DNA from: Trichosphaerium sp. ATCC 40318
Taxonomy: Eukaryota; Protista; Tubulinea
NCBI GenBank assembly: GCA_038496445.1
Contig: JALMLS010000097.1
Coordinates: 124,001 to 188,000 of the forward strand
Length of the DNA: 64,000 nt
Direction of reading: 5' to 3'
A program made the translations under genes and the position numbers. Shown here one piece after another: positions 25,801 to 38,806 of the stretch (its first letter is position 1; each line of letters starts with the position of its first letter). A model generated the notes under the pieces. That model was given only the letters and a program-made list of their open reading frames with translations, searched no databases and was not told the DNA's origin.

Positions 25801-27687
25801 ACCGCAATCTAAAGGACAGTCATTGACGCTTTACTAGTTCATTTTGACGTACTTGATCAGGAGGCACATCTACAACGCCGACCTCACTGCTCAGTATTAT
25901 TTTTCCGTCAGTTGTTTCCCATATTCTACCTGGTCTCAACCCGTTTCTATCCAATACAGCACCGGCGCACTGTCCGTTGTTGAAAGCAAAGAGTGCTGGA
26001 CCATCCCAAGGCTCCATGAAGCAGCTAGCATACTCGTAGAAAGATCTCTTGTCCTCTGTAACTGTAGTATCCTTTTGCCAGGCTTCAGGTATCATAGTGA
26101 CAATCGCTTCTGACATTGAGCGCCCTAAACAATACGTGTGAATCGTCACGTGTTAACGAACCGGCAAAGCGTACCTGTCAGAGACAAGAATTGAAGGACG
26201 TTATCGAACATGCCAGAGTCTGAAGAGTGTACATCCATGATTGGATGAAGGCTCTCCAAATCATCCATAACATCCGAGGCCATAACACCTGATCTCGACA
26301 ACATCCAATTCCTAGCATAATTGTTAGTTACCACCTCACAAGGCTTTTTGCAGATACCTATTGCCTTGAATGGTATTAATTTCTCCGTTGTGGCAACTGT
26401 ATCTTAGTGGTTGAGCGCGAGGCCAACTTGGAAATGTGTTTGTTGAGAATCTTGCATGTACTAGGGCAGAATGTGTTGTGAAAGAATCTTTCTTCAAATC
26501 CTTGTAGTAATTCAGCAGATTGTTACCATGCATCATGCCCTTGTAGACAATAACCTAGGGAATATACTTAGCATAACAAGAAGTGTTAATAGACATTACT
26601 TTTGAGGAAAGAGAGCACCAATACATCTGGTTAGGATCATTCACAAAGTTACTTGAAAGACGTTCTAATATATACAATTTACGCTCAAGATCGTCTTCTT
26701 TGTATGATTTGCCGTGAATGAATACTTGGGCTATGTGAGGTTCCAGTTTCTAATTAAAAAGTAAACTCAAAAGAAGTGGATTTGGATTTGTACCATGGCA
26801 GTTGGTGCAAGTACACTTGAGTCGACTGGTACGTCTCTCCATCCGATAATACCAAGACCTTGCTTATCTGCTATTTCTCTTGAAGACAATAAGCACAGTA
26901 ACAAGGAGTAGTGATGTGACGACGTACTCTATTTTATTTTTATATACATTCCGAAGGGTCTTGTCCGTTGGTAAAAAAATCTGACCAATGCCAAAATTGT
27001 CAGGTAATGTAACGTTTAACTATAACGCACGTGCATCAGCTTGTGAACTCAAAAATAAAAGACAACTTACCTCTTCTTTTGCCACCGTTTGTAAATAATC
27101 ACGAGGAAGCGCAACTTGAATACCAACACCATCACCTAAGTTCTGTTCCTCACCCTCAGCAGACCTTTCAAAAATGTCACTAATTTTTTCCCAAGTTTTG
27201 TGACTTACCTGTGTTGTAATCGCTCTAATGCCACTACGGCGTCTATGACGATTTGATGTGATGCGCGTTTGTATTTATCCGCAATAAGAGCAACCTTGAA
27301 ATGAGATTAGTCCAATAAACAACAAAAAAAAAACAATGTTTTAAAAAAAAATAACACGTGTTGTAACACTGTCCCAACGCACCCCACAGTTGTCTTTTTC
27401 GCGTCTAGGATCATAAAGCCCTTGTTTTTTAGGTAAACCACAAAAGCTTCTGTGATGCAAGTTAAAATCTTAAAAAGACAGTACAATATGGCTGAAAGAA
27501 GGCTATTGTACGTTGTTTCTGGCTGAACATGTCTACTTGTAGCGGAAAAATAAAAGCTTCTGTTGTTATGCCGTGTAACCACCGCAGGGCGCGTGGTACG
27601 GCATTTCCGTGTAACGGAAGATTGTTTTGTTCTAACTGTTGACGGTACACCCGCCAACGCTTTTACTTTCAACATTGTGTTGAGCAT
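19866..27687 (-). CDS. GLT1: NADH-dependent glutamate synthase (fused large + small subunit), about 24 introns
   Basis: Presequence then KDNCGVA; [124 protein letters not shown]. Confidence 0.98.
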
Positions 27688-28049
27688 GGCGTAGAAAACC
27701 GTAACCTATATCGCACGAGCTACCTCACGTTTGTTCTCTGTTAGTTACTACAATTATCGAGTTGGGAACAGAAAGGATAACCGCAATGTGTCAAATGCCA
27801 ACGGAATAGTACGCTTGTACAGTAAAAGAAGACGTTTTCCCCGTTAATGTATACACGTTTTCGGCGATTTTACAGTTTACAGCGCGTATATTACGATTTT
27901 TACGGTAAACTGATGTGAATGTGGCGCGTTCGCGAGCGTCTGATTTAATTTTGTTTTATTTCGCCATAGTTGGGAATGAAAATAAAAATGTGAATTTTAG
28001 ATTTAGAAACGATCAAACACTCACCACCAATTGCAACAACACCCATTCA

Positions 28050-28850
28050 AGTATCATAGGTTCTTGTGCACTGACAATCCCGACTCATTAACATGTGTTT
28101 CAGGTAGTGACTGTTTGGCAATTACTTTGTTGTGGCCCCAGAACAAACGAAACTATATTTTTTTTGTCAAAGTTTATGACTTTATTAAAGTGCACGTGTG
28201 GTTGCACATTCTTGACCCATGGCACCCTTTATTTAGATGATCATAGCTACAATTCCAATATTCCATGAACCAAGGACTTGAACCAACCTCTACAAGCATA
28301 TAGCTTGTGCTACAATCATAAGGGTGCCACTTATATCGCCTACATTTGTTTGTTCTGTACTTAGCGCAAGGTGACACCTTTACAAGGTGGACCAATCATA
28401 CACTTGCCATTCTGTCCAGGGATGCAAGAAAAACCAGTGTTGGCAACCTTCAATTGCGTTATAAAGTAATTTTCGCAATTGTCGGCATGGAGCGTTGTTA
28501 ACGAAATACCCACAAGGTCTTTAAACGCCTGACTTTACACTCGTTTTCGGCGATGTAGTTATCATAGCAACTACCATAGACAAAATACTTGCTAATAGCC
28601 ATATTGTTCCACACCGTATACTCATTGCAGGAATGTCCTAGTTTGCTCCCAACTCCTGTAAAGTCTTGTAATGCCACAGAAGGTTGGAGTGCAGAAGAAG
28701 TAAGCGTTTCTACGCATCTACAGGAGAAGGCAACACAACCTACATTTGAGACTATAATCCCGTTACCATTTGGTTTGTTGTTGAGGTGCTTGTTGTACAC
28801 AACCGCCAAAATTTTGTTCACGGAAATACCGAAGTCTTCTATTTTATTTG
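28050..28850 (-). CDS. Possible Cys-rich hypothetical protein or gene remnant
   Basis: Several short Cys/Trp-rich open stretches with plausible splice sites, but no consistent model could be built. Confidence 0.25.
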
Positions 28851-29033
28851 TTCAAAAGACAAGTCGTTTGTCCTTACTAAGCCATTGATATAATTACACC
28901 AGTAGCTCCGCCAGTTACCATTCTTTACTCTGTCCTTCGTTCATACCATTTTCAGTCACCACACAGTCAAATACGCTAAAGTATTGTACCACTGGCCGCA
29001 CTACACCGATGACAACGTAAAAAAACGGTTATT

Positions 29034-30563
29034 ATGAACCGCTATTCAACTGGTGCTGTTTCGCGCTCAACTACACGCAAAAGGCACAAAGCGGTTACAA
29101 AGAACAAAAACCAGCGAAAACAAGTGTCTACACCAAGTGACATTCCAAAAAGTTCTGTAGAGAGCCAACGCGCATTCCTTGAAGCAAAGGTGTACCCACA
29201 CCTTTGTATTTTTACAGTTTGTGACCTGTACAGAATTTCATTCATTGGATTGCGCTCTTTGGGCGCAAGGAAGGTAACAGACAGGTAAAGAGACACGCTG
29301 TCACAGTTTAATAGCTTCTTTTACTTAAAACGAGGTTAGATACGGAGATTCAATCCATCGCTGTTTTTCGACGTTGTACCCTTCGTTTGACTGGGACGTT
29401 CATAGATTTACGTACGAGGCTGGACAGACAAAACATGAATAATTTCCATTGACAAATACAAAGGCACAAACCACGTCACTACTGGGCTCATTTAGCGAAT
29501 CAAAGGTGGCACTTGGAATTGTTTATGTCAGAGAATGACATGGTTCACCTAGATGACTGGTACAACATCTCAAAAGAACAACTGATATCAAAACGTGGTT
29601 GTGATCAAATATTGCTAAGGTAAATCACGTGGACAAATATTTATATCACGTGCAACCATTGATTAAATTGTTGTTTTAGGTATGATTCGATGCAGGCCGC
29701 ACTACGTACCATCTATCCTCATCATCCTTGGAAATTCAAGTACGTCGTTTATTGGTACAAGTTATGCTTGTAGCATTACATTTGCTCTGGTGTATGCATA
29801 CAATGGGTAACGGTGCGTGTAGGAAGAAGATTAGAAAGCACTGGGATAGTATAGAGAACCAACGCCACAGGTTTGATGCTATAGGAACGGCCCTGGGTGT
29901 GGTTACACTATCTGATTGGTACACTGTTCGGTGGGACATGGTTATTGCAAAGGGAGGTGCCAGTATACTAAACAAGTACGCTATACCAAATGTCAAGTTG
30001 ATACTTGTGAGTAACCTGTACGATTATAGATACAACCATAAACTGTCTCGTGCACTTGTTGCTATTTATCCTAAATACACGTGGCAAATGTCCATGTTCA
30101 CGTGCGCTCATATTGTAACATTAAAGCTTTCACATCTATTGACATAGTACTAGCGATATGAAGCGGAAGAAGCAAGCAGTGCAACATCCTAACCGAAATC
30201 CACCTGGATTTTGGCAAAATGACATAAACATCTCAGAGTTTTTACAGAAAGCAGCAATTGCACTTAATATTCAGTCTCCTCAGGATTGGTACTTGTTATT
30301 GTAGTAAACTTAGCTAACTACAGATTAGGGGCCGTGTCTCTTCGATTCAAGTACAGGCACTAGGAGGAAGTGGCTTGCTTCGCTACCTGTACTGGTCGTC
30401 TCGAAACAGTATCATACCTGCAGCACTACTTTCACAGAATAATAAAAGGTCACAACAGAGGTACAACCACTTTTAATTTCCCATTGCATTACACGCGCTC
30501 ACTATGGCTACTAGATGGCTTATTGAATGCTCACATCAATTGTTGACCTGTAAAAGACCGTAA
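29034..30563 (+). CDS. Second 'DWY' repeat protein, paralogue of 3357-5011 (about 4 repeats)
   Basis: HKPRHYWAHLANQRWHLE..LDDWYNIS; KHWDSIENQRHRFDAIGTALGVVTLSDWY..GGASILNKYNHKLSRALVAIYPKYTW; PPGFWQN..QDW; same intron positions as the first gene. Confidence 0.78.
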
Positions 30564-30781
30564 TCCACTTTTTTTGTAAATACAATGTAAAATACCATGA
30601 CAACAGCCTCAACTTATTTTCGGCAGACTGAGCACAAAGCTATAAAATATCTCCAAAATAGGCGAGAGAATAACACCACAAGTCTTTCTTCGAGCGAACT
30701 TTTGTATCCACTGATCTTAATGTCACGTGACAAATTCGTCAACACAGGTCACCACAGTTGTGCACACTTTGTAGTTTGTAG

Positions 30782-33737
30782 ATGTTTCGTAAATCCGGTC
30801 AACGTAACCTGCTAATGGATGATAAACGCGAGGAAACTGCAGCTTTATTTGAGCATGCATTGAGCAGCTTTAACAGCCATCAACTTGCTGACGCTCGTGA
30901 ATACTTTCAAAAAGCAGCAAAATCCGGTAGTATAGAAGCGTGTTGGTATTTAGCATACCAATACATGCATGGGTACGCTGTTATTTTTACTAACGCTCAC
31001 CATTGGCGTTTCTGTAGCGAAGGGACACCACGTGATGAAAATAAAGTTTTTGAATACATAAAACAGATAGCCAAGGGTCGTGGAGACAACATAGCGCCAG
31101 AACACACCGAACAGATAGACGCGTCATACCTTTTGGGTTGTTTGTATTTTTTGGGTCGTGGAACCAAGCAAGACTACAAAGAGGTGCGTATAAATCGCAC
31201 GGTGGCCTCCTAATTCAGGACGGTTATCAGGCAATCGAAAATTTCTTAACTGCATCCGCGAGGGGTCACAGCACCGCCAGTTGTGCCCTAGGTCTTATTT
31301 ATATGGAGGGTTTGGGTGTAGGTTAGAAACACGTGACATATTTTATTTGTTGAACTAATCTAATCGTATATCGGATAGAATCTTCATACGCACAGGCAGC
31401 TGTACATCTGACTCTTGGTGCGCTACTACTTCTAGTAAGCGATCTAACACGTGCAAGCACTAAAAATGGATCCTGAATGTGCAGAGGCAGCACATCTGTT
31501 GGGCCAACTGTATTTCATAGGAGATAAAACAACGCCAGCCGACAACAGGTAAAAATTATCGCTACAAACACAAGTGGTTGATCTTGTTTCTGTTTTATGA
31601 CCTAAAGATTGCACTAGCAAAGCAAGGGAGTACTTTGCCATGGCTTCTAAACATCCAGGAGCCAATTACTATTTGGGATTTATGCACAATGAAGGTATTG
31701 GCATAGAAAAGAGCGAGCTTAGCGCATTCAAGTACTTGAAGAAGAGCGCGGCAATGGTACATCATTGTTAATAACATGCCTACCTGCTAACAATTGTCTT
31801 TACATCAGAATCATTCTCTGTCTCAATTCTACTTGGGTTTGATGTACTACCATGGCGTCAAGAGCTCAGATAATAGGATGGAGAATATATCAGAGGTACT
31901 GTAAATACACGCTTGATATTCAAAAGCAGCCAAATTCATTTTTATCAAGGCCATTGAACAGTTCTTTCACTCTGGCTCGTCATCTGTACGCCCACGTTCA
32001 ACACTCTTCTCTACTTAACCACGTTACCCAGAGTAACGGCCGAGGCAATCCTGCAGCGCAGTACTATTTTGGGATGTTGTACAAATTAGGTATAGGCGTC
32101 CGTGTTGATAAAAAGAAGGCTGCAAAGTGGTTTGAAGAAGCTGTATGTGTACATACGTTCTACCTCAACTGTAGTCTATTTGATGCCTGATGCATTGCAC
32201 TAGGCTGTAGGTGGTCATCCGAGAGCTCAATTTCAGATTGGTGTCTGTTATCAGTATGGTTTGTTGCACTAGCATTCATCGCTGCAATACAAAATGTGTT
32301 AACATCTGAAAAGGCATGGGCAAAGACAAAAATGTTGACAAGGCCAGGAAGTGGTTTTTATCATCTGCAGACAAGGTATTTCCACTATCCAGCCCAAAGT
32401 TTCATTACACTGACACATAAAGGGAGATCCCAAAGGGCAATGCGCTCTTGCCTACATGTATGAAACCGTCCAAGTACTTTATTAGACTGACGTTAGGTTG
32501 AGGTGTCTTCACGACCACAACAACCAGCAAGGTGCAAAGGATGCGCTTAAGTGGTACGAAAAAGCTGCGCAAAGTAAGGACGCTGGTGGAGAGTATGCCT
32601 TAGGATGCATGTATCATCAGGGCAGAGGGTGTAAAGCAGACGGCGAGAAGGCTTCTATGTACTTTGAACGTGTACGCCTAAATTGTTCCTATCACGTGCC
32701 TTTAAGTATTAATGTTGACTCACTTCCAGGCTGCTAAGAAAGGGCATGTTGCCAGTCAGTATGCTATCGCAGTGTGCTTTGAGAAGGGTATCAATAAACC
32801 ACAAAATTTCTCCAAGGCAAAACGATATAATAATACCATTTCTTTTTGTATTAGCTAACTCTGATGGCACATAGGCAATCTTTTGGTATCGCAAGGCTAC
32901 AGTAGGAGGCCACAAACAAGCAGAGCAGAGGCTAAGCCTTCTTGAAAAAGATTTGGAACAGGTAATTGCCATGTGCAATATCTCCTTGTCTCACGTGATG
33001 CGTAGTTGTGTTTGAATCCTGAAGATAATCCACGAATGTGGTCATACAATCGCGGTATTGCCACAACCCTTATTATAAATGAACTAATTCCATTCCATAG
33101 TTGGCGAATGGCTCAAGTCTCAAGGCGCTCCATTTTCAACAGAAGCTCAAAAGTTCATTGATGAGGAAGTTGATGGGTAAGTGCACGAGCCTTTACAAAA
33201 CTTGACACGATCTGATGTTGTTAGCGAGGCCTTGGTTGAAATGACTAACGAGGATTTGGCACGCCTCGGTATAAAATTAGGACCACGCATGAGGTACGCA
33301 AAGCCAACAACGAATAGGATTTTACACTCTTTGTTTTGACTTGGTTTAGAATTGTGAAGCGGATAGACAGCCTCCGTGTTGCTGAAAAGAACTTTGTCAG
33401 AAAGGCCATAGGTGCCGGTAAGAGACTACATACGGGTGCGTCGGTGAGGATGTCCGTCGCACAAGCAGAACACATAAAGACATTGTCCGGAGATGAACAC
33501 GTCTGGAACTTTCTCAGTAAGATTTCATTAACACAGTACTATGATTGCTTCATCAAATACGGTAGACCAAATCGTCTTATTGCAGCCCCTTTTTGACTGT
33601 GGAGCCTAGGATACGACGAAATGGGTGATATTTTAGACATCACAGACAAAGAACTAGAGGTCATTGGCGTTAAGTTGATAGGTCACAGGAAGAGAATACT
33701 AAAGAATGCAAAAACCCTGACGCCTGTCGAGCAATAA
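30782..33737 (+). CDS. Sel1-like repeat protein with two C-terminal SAM domains
   Basis: Many A.Y.LG.xY..G.G...D...A..W...AA repeats; WSYNR.GEWLK..FIDEEVDGEAL..LGIKLGPR; FLSKISLTQYYDCF..DKELEVIGVKLIGHRKRIL. Confidence 0.88.
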
Positions 33738-33834
33738 ACGTTCTCTATGTTCACAAAAACTGACCAGTTTGACAAAATTTGGTATTTATTTTACATGTTG
33801 CTGTATTTTTGAAAAAAACTCCTAGCGCTCACAC

Positions 33835-36800
33835 TCACTTGCTGTGTGTCCAAGTATGCGCAAGCTGACTAGCCATCTCTGATACAAGAATAGCCTTGTC
33901 GTTTCCGAGAGAGTGGAAGACATGCTTTAACTTGTACATCTTGACTACATGCCTTGGATTGTCCGCACACATGATCAAACAATTCAAAATCTTCAGTAAA
34001 TTCACGCGAACCATGTTTGACGGGTGATCAAATCGCTTCAACACAAGCGGTATTATGCCTAAAGCGGAAAGAAAATAAAGATTAGCAAATTTGTTTTACA
34101 ACTAATTGAAGAAAAAAAAACGCACTCGAGAGCTCTCGTCCAATATCTGATGACACTGTGAGCAGCTTGATAAACGATTCTACTAGATTAGAGAACACCT
34201 ACAAATACTAGTTAGCGAGTGCATTTGAATATTTGAACAAAAAGCGGTTACCTCTGGAGTGGCGTTGGCGAAGAGTGTTTTGAGCTCTTGTATGTTCTCT
34301 TTTCGTTCGAGGATGCCTGATACGTGATTCATATCGTCAGCCATCCAAGCTGACAAGGCGTCCATGGCTTGTACTTGCCAAGGGAAACCCTGTCGGAACA
34401 AGGAAACGTAGAACTTTACACAGTTATTCCGCTTGAGCTCTGCTCTTATCTTCTTTGTGTGCGCAAACTCGCACATGAGAGGAAGTGCGAACTGCTTCAT
34501 GGTGCTATTTTCCTCTATGGCCTGCATCAAGTGTGGTATCACACCTAGCTTAGCAGCCTTCTCTTGTCGCTCCTTGTTGATACGACAAAGGTTGTGTATG
34601 ATGGCGAGTATCTGGTTCTGTACGTTGACCTTGTTTCGCTTTGGCGATTTCTTGCCCATAAAGTTGATTAAAGACTTTATAGCGCCAGCCTTATGAAGCA
34701 CAGCCAGAGCGTTCGATTCCATCGATAGATTCTTGAGACTCTTCAGGATGGTCAAAAACTGTGATGACTTTTTCAGTTTTGGAAGCAAAGTGAACAGTTC
34801 TACAAACATCACCGTCAGTATACCCAAATGCATTCGCACGGTTGCTACTCCACAAAAAGGGAAGATGAGAAAATACAACGTACGCTTTAATACATCTATG
34901 TCAATGAATGCTCGTTTGACCTTGGAATCAGACCTCGAGAAGTACAATAGAATATCTGCAATCTTCCTGCAGTAGCTCTTGGCATTGTCTGCGCGTTCAC
35001 CTATCATATTGTGCAAACACCTCACAAGCTGAGGAAGGAGTCCGTGATGGGAAAACAGTCTACAAAAATCGTTCTTGGTAATGTGCGGCAGGTGGAACAC
35101 CTTGTACACGCAGTGTATCACCTTTTGTAGTATATGTCTGCTTTCAGCGTATTCCTCATCCGGCCTGAAAACCACGTCAGAAACCACAAAAAAAACGAAA
35201 AAAAAATCAATTATTTGGTACGTACACTGCTAGTAGTGTAACGAGCACTGGAATGCCATTGGCAGCTATAAACATCTTTGTAGTTCGTGTAGTAGAGACG
35301 ATTATTTTTATAAAGTTGGCAATCTCCAGCCTTATCTTGACCGAGTACCTCAGTCGGGCGTACTGCATCACAGCGGGTATACCTCCAACAATAGCAAATG
35401 TATCTGCTATCGCCTTGTTACCAAGTATAAACTACAAGCGGCAATTAGCGAAATCATGTTTGGTAGGGCCACACAAGAGGCAAGCAATACCGTATTGACA
35501 GTTCTCAAAACGTATGGTATAGTTTCGAGATACTCTTTTGTCTCGTAGATCAAATCGTAGATTGGCATGACACCGTGGTGCTGCATCAATTTTTCAGTTT
35601 GCTCAGGGAAAGATGTGAAGATTGCATTGAGCTCATCACACGCTTTTATAATCTGGTCATTGCTATATGACGTCGATGCTGTTTCTATCAACTGCAATAC
35701 TTGCTCAGCAATCTCCTTGCCATTAGGCGCGTGGATATCACCTTCCATGTCTACCATAACCCAGTTATTACACAGGTTCGAATAAGGTCAAACTAGGTTG
35801 AGTCGTACCGAATGAATCGGACAAATCTTCGTCGAACAAATCATCAAAGGCTTCTTCCTCCTTTTCATCCCAAGCCTCAGTCATTTTGACTTCCAATTGA
35901 TTTTGATCTAATCCGAACGACGTCTGGGAACTAACTTCACCAAAGTCATCCCAATCAGATGTGTCTTCATTCTCCGCAAACTGTTGTAGTTTCTCTACAC
36001 AGAGTTAGACACAGTTCCGTAAAAAATAAACTGATAAAAAAAACAGTTCAAAAAAAAAGAGATTTGTAAGTTTCAGTTATGGCCAATTGCCGTGCCTGGC
36101 AGATTCTGATCTATCATATCGCCAGCCAAGTTTTTATCATATGCAACTCGTCTAGGTGCATCACCACCAAGGGTTTCATCATCTAAGATTATTGTGTAAG
36201 CAAACGTAAAATCCAAAATGTGGTTACACCAAAAACCCGCACCATTACCAAAATCCTCGTCCCAATCCTCTTCTTCGGTGTCTTCAGCGTATTTACTGAG
36301 AGATCCACCACCAACAGGAGAGCTGCTCCCTGTTACCAGAGAATTAACTCTAGTGTGATGATGGACAGATCTAGACTCGCCTGACGTGTCAGTGCGTGAC
36401 CTGAAGTGTCGCCGAGCTTTACCTACAGCCCTTCTAACAGATGGGCCATGCAAAATCAATGTCTTCCGCTTCTCCTTGCGCACTGCACAGACAATGATCA
36501 ATTATTTGAATTAAACAATTGCAAAAAAATGGTACGCACCTTCGAGTTCTCTGTTAAACGCTTCTACATTCTTTTCGACTTGTTCATTGTTGGCTTTGAT
36601 CGGCACTGTCTAAAAAACAAAAAAAAATACAATTTAAAACTATGGACAAAGCCATTTGGAAGGAGGGATAGATGGAGCAAAAGAATTGCTGGCAGATAAC
36701 GTACCATATTAGAAACAATCCATTGATGTTTTAACAGCTGTACAGCACTTGGTCTGAGCATCGCTTCCTTACGGAAGCAGCGTTGCAAGAAGCCTTTGAG

Positions 36801-37858
36801 CTTTGGTGTAATACCATCTGGCATAGGCGGTGAGTCGTCTTGTACTATACGGAACAAGGCAGCCATTGGTGACAACTCAAAGTAGGGAGGAGCTCCTGTG
36901 GTTAATTCTATGACAGTCGAGCCCACACTCCAAATATCAGAAGCAGGTGTTGCACCGTTCAACTCCACAATTTCGGGAGCCACTATTCATTATTGTAAGA
37001 GCCGGATGCGTGATTACAAAAAGGCTAGAATTTGTACGCACTCCAGTAAGGCGATCCTCTAATTTCATCAGCGTCATCCTTGGCAGTGGACGGATTGAAC
37101 TTTGTAGCCACGCCAAAATCTGCGAGCTTGACTTTGGCACCTTTGGTACATAGAATATTGGCTCCCTTGATGTCACGATGGATAACACCTTGTTCGTGAA
37201 GGTATGCTAATCCCAACAATACCTGCGCAAGATGTAGGTACATAAATCCAAAGAATAGAGAGCGAGTACCTGTCGTATAAAATGGGCAATCAGACTCTCT
37301 GGCAATTTCCCTATTTTTTTGACCATGCCAGCAAGTGACCCTGCCTCCATATATCTAACCCAATGTCATTATTGATGGTTTTTATCATACAGTTTTACAA
37401 GTAGAAAAACAGTCGCTACGCACTCTAATACAATGTATAGGTATTCTGATGTCTTGTACGATGCCAGGTATTGCACAATATTGTCATGATTCAAGTAGCG
37501 GAGCAGAGTTATCTCTTGCTGATGAAGAATTAACCACCAAATACGCGAACAAAAAGCGCTACGCGTGCTCTGCGCTATGTGCTTACCATTATACTGGGCA
37601 ATTCATCTTTGGGTATATTTTTAAGCTCAATTTGTTTTATGGCGACAACTATTCATATTAACGCATGCTAGTGCATTTGACAGTGTACCTTGACCCATTG
37701 ATCTCGGCGAGGTATCTATACCCCTCCTGACAACTCCAAAGCCACCTTTGCCGATGATATCATCACCAATAAGCTATTTTCTATTTAGACAACAGACGTT
37801 ACATTTAGATAATTACGTAGTGGTCCGATATGGACTCTTTCTTGCTTGGCTTTGCCAT
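33835..37858 (-). CDS. sepA: STE-group kinase of SepA/Cdc15/Cdc7/MAP3K-epsilon type with C-terminal ARM repeats
   Basis: [53 protein letters not shown]; [23 protein letters not shown] region. Confidence 0.88.
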
Positions 37859-38157
37859 AGCTGAATAGTTTACTGTGTGTAGACGCGCTTTGGCTTGCTT
37901 TTACTGAAAATGGTTTTTTAGAAATTTTTGAGGCTTTCCATAAGTCGCTATGCGTGCTTAAAAGATGAACGTTGGGCCAATCAAATGCGCACAAGTGTGC
38001 TACAGTGTAATGGTAGTGACAGAAAGTGCCAGACAAGAAAAAATATTTAATTGTCCATCGCTAATTTACATTCGCCAGTGAGGCCATATTATGGATGTAT
38101 AGCAAGAAACAAAGAGTGTTGGCATATATAAAACCATTCCAATTTTGTGCTGTCAGT

Positions 38158-38691
38158 TTATGCTTCAACTTCTTCAGCAACGGCTGGCGTGGCCTTTTCA
38201 GGTTCTGCAATTGGGTCTCCAACGTGTGTTTGTCTGAATTGCAATTTGTACAACAATTCTGGACCCCACAAGAGCGCGTTGCGTTTATCCGCTACCCAAT
38301 CGGCTGGAACTTCGGTGTAACCCCATGGCTTACGTCCACCAAGTATTTCACCAACATAATAACCAGCGTAGACAGCACCAAAGGTGGCTGGGACTCCTTA
38401 AACAATTTGTATTAGTGTGTGGTGGCGCTAATGAAATAATTTGCGCATAAAAACAGCGCCTTGTAACCTACCAGTGATCCATTCGTTAGCGCTGAGTTTC
38501 AGTGTAATTAGACGGCCGAAATCTGAGCTGAATGCACCTGTGAACCTGCCGGCTTTTAAAAACTGGTATCCAATGTGCTGGAAAGTGAAATGCCAAAAGT
38601 AAGGGCTGGTTCCAGGCTTTACGTGAGCGAGGTCGATGAGTTGTCCTCTCTTGATTAAATTAGCACCGATATTTGCTAGCATGCGGGCCAT
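38158..38691 (-). CDS. ATP20: Probable mitochondrial ATP synthase subunit g
   Basis: Small protein with one TM ending GYYVGEILGGRKPWGY (subunit-g GE.IG....GY signature) plus a C-terminal extension. Confidence 0.6.
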
Positions 38692-38806
38692 AGCGAACTG
38701 TTTGTTTGGTTTGGTGGTTGGTTCTGTCTATTTTGTTTGACCAATTTTTTTTTTCGCTTGGATTAATAGCATTTACAACCAGCTGAGCTCAAAATTGTCT
38801 CACAGA

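Noticed and set aside
38428-38691. Tom40/porin-like reading of this ORF
   Set aside because: The beta-like stretch is partly intron; the spliced product is short with a subunit-g motif
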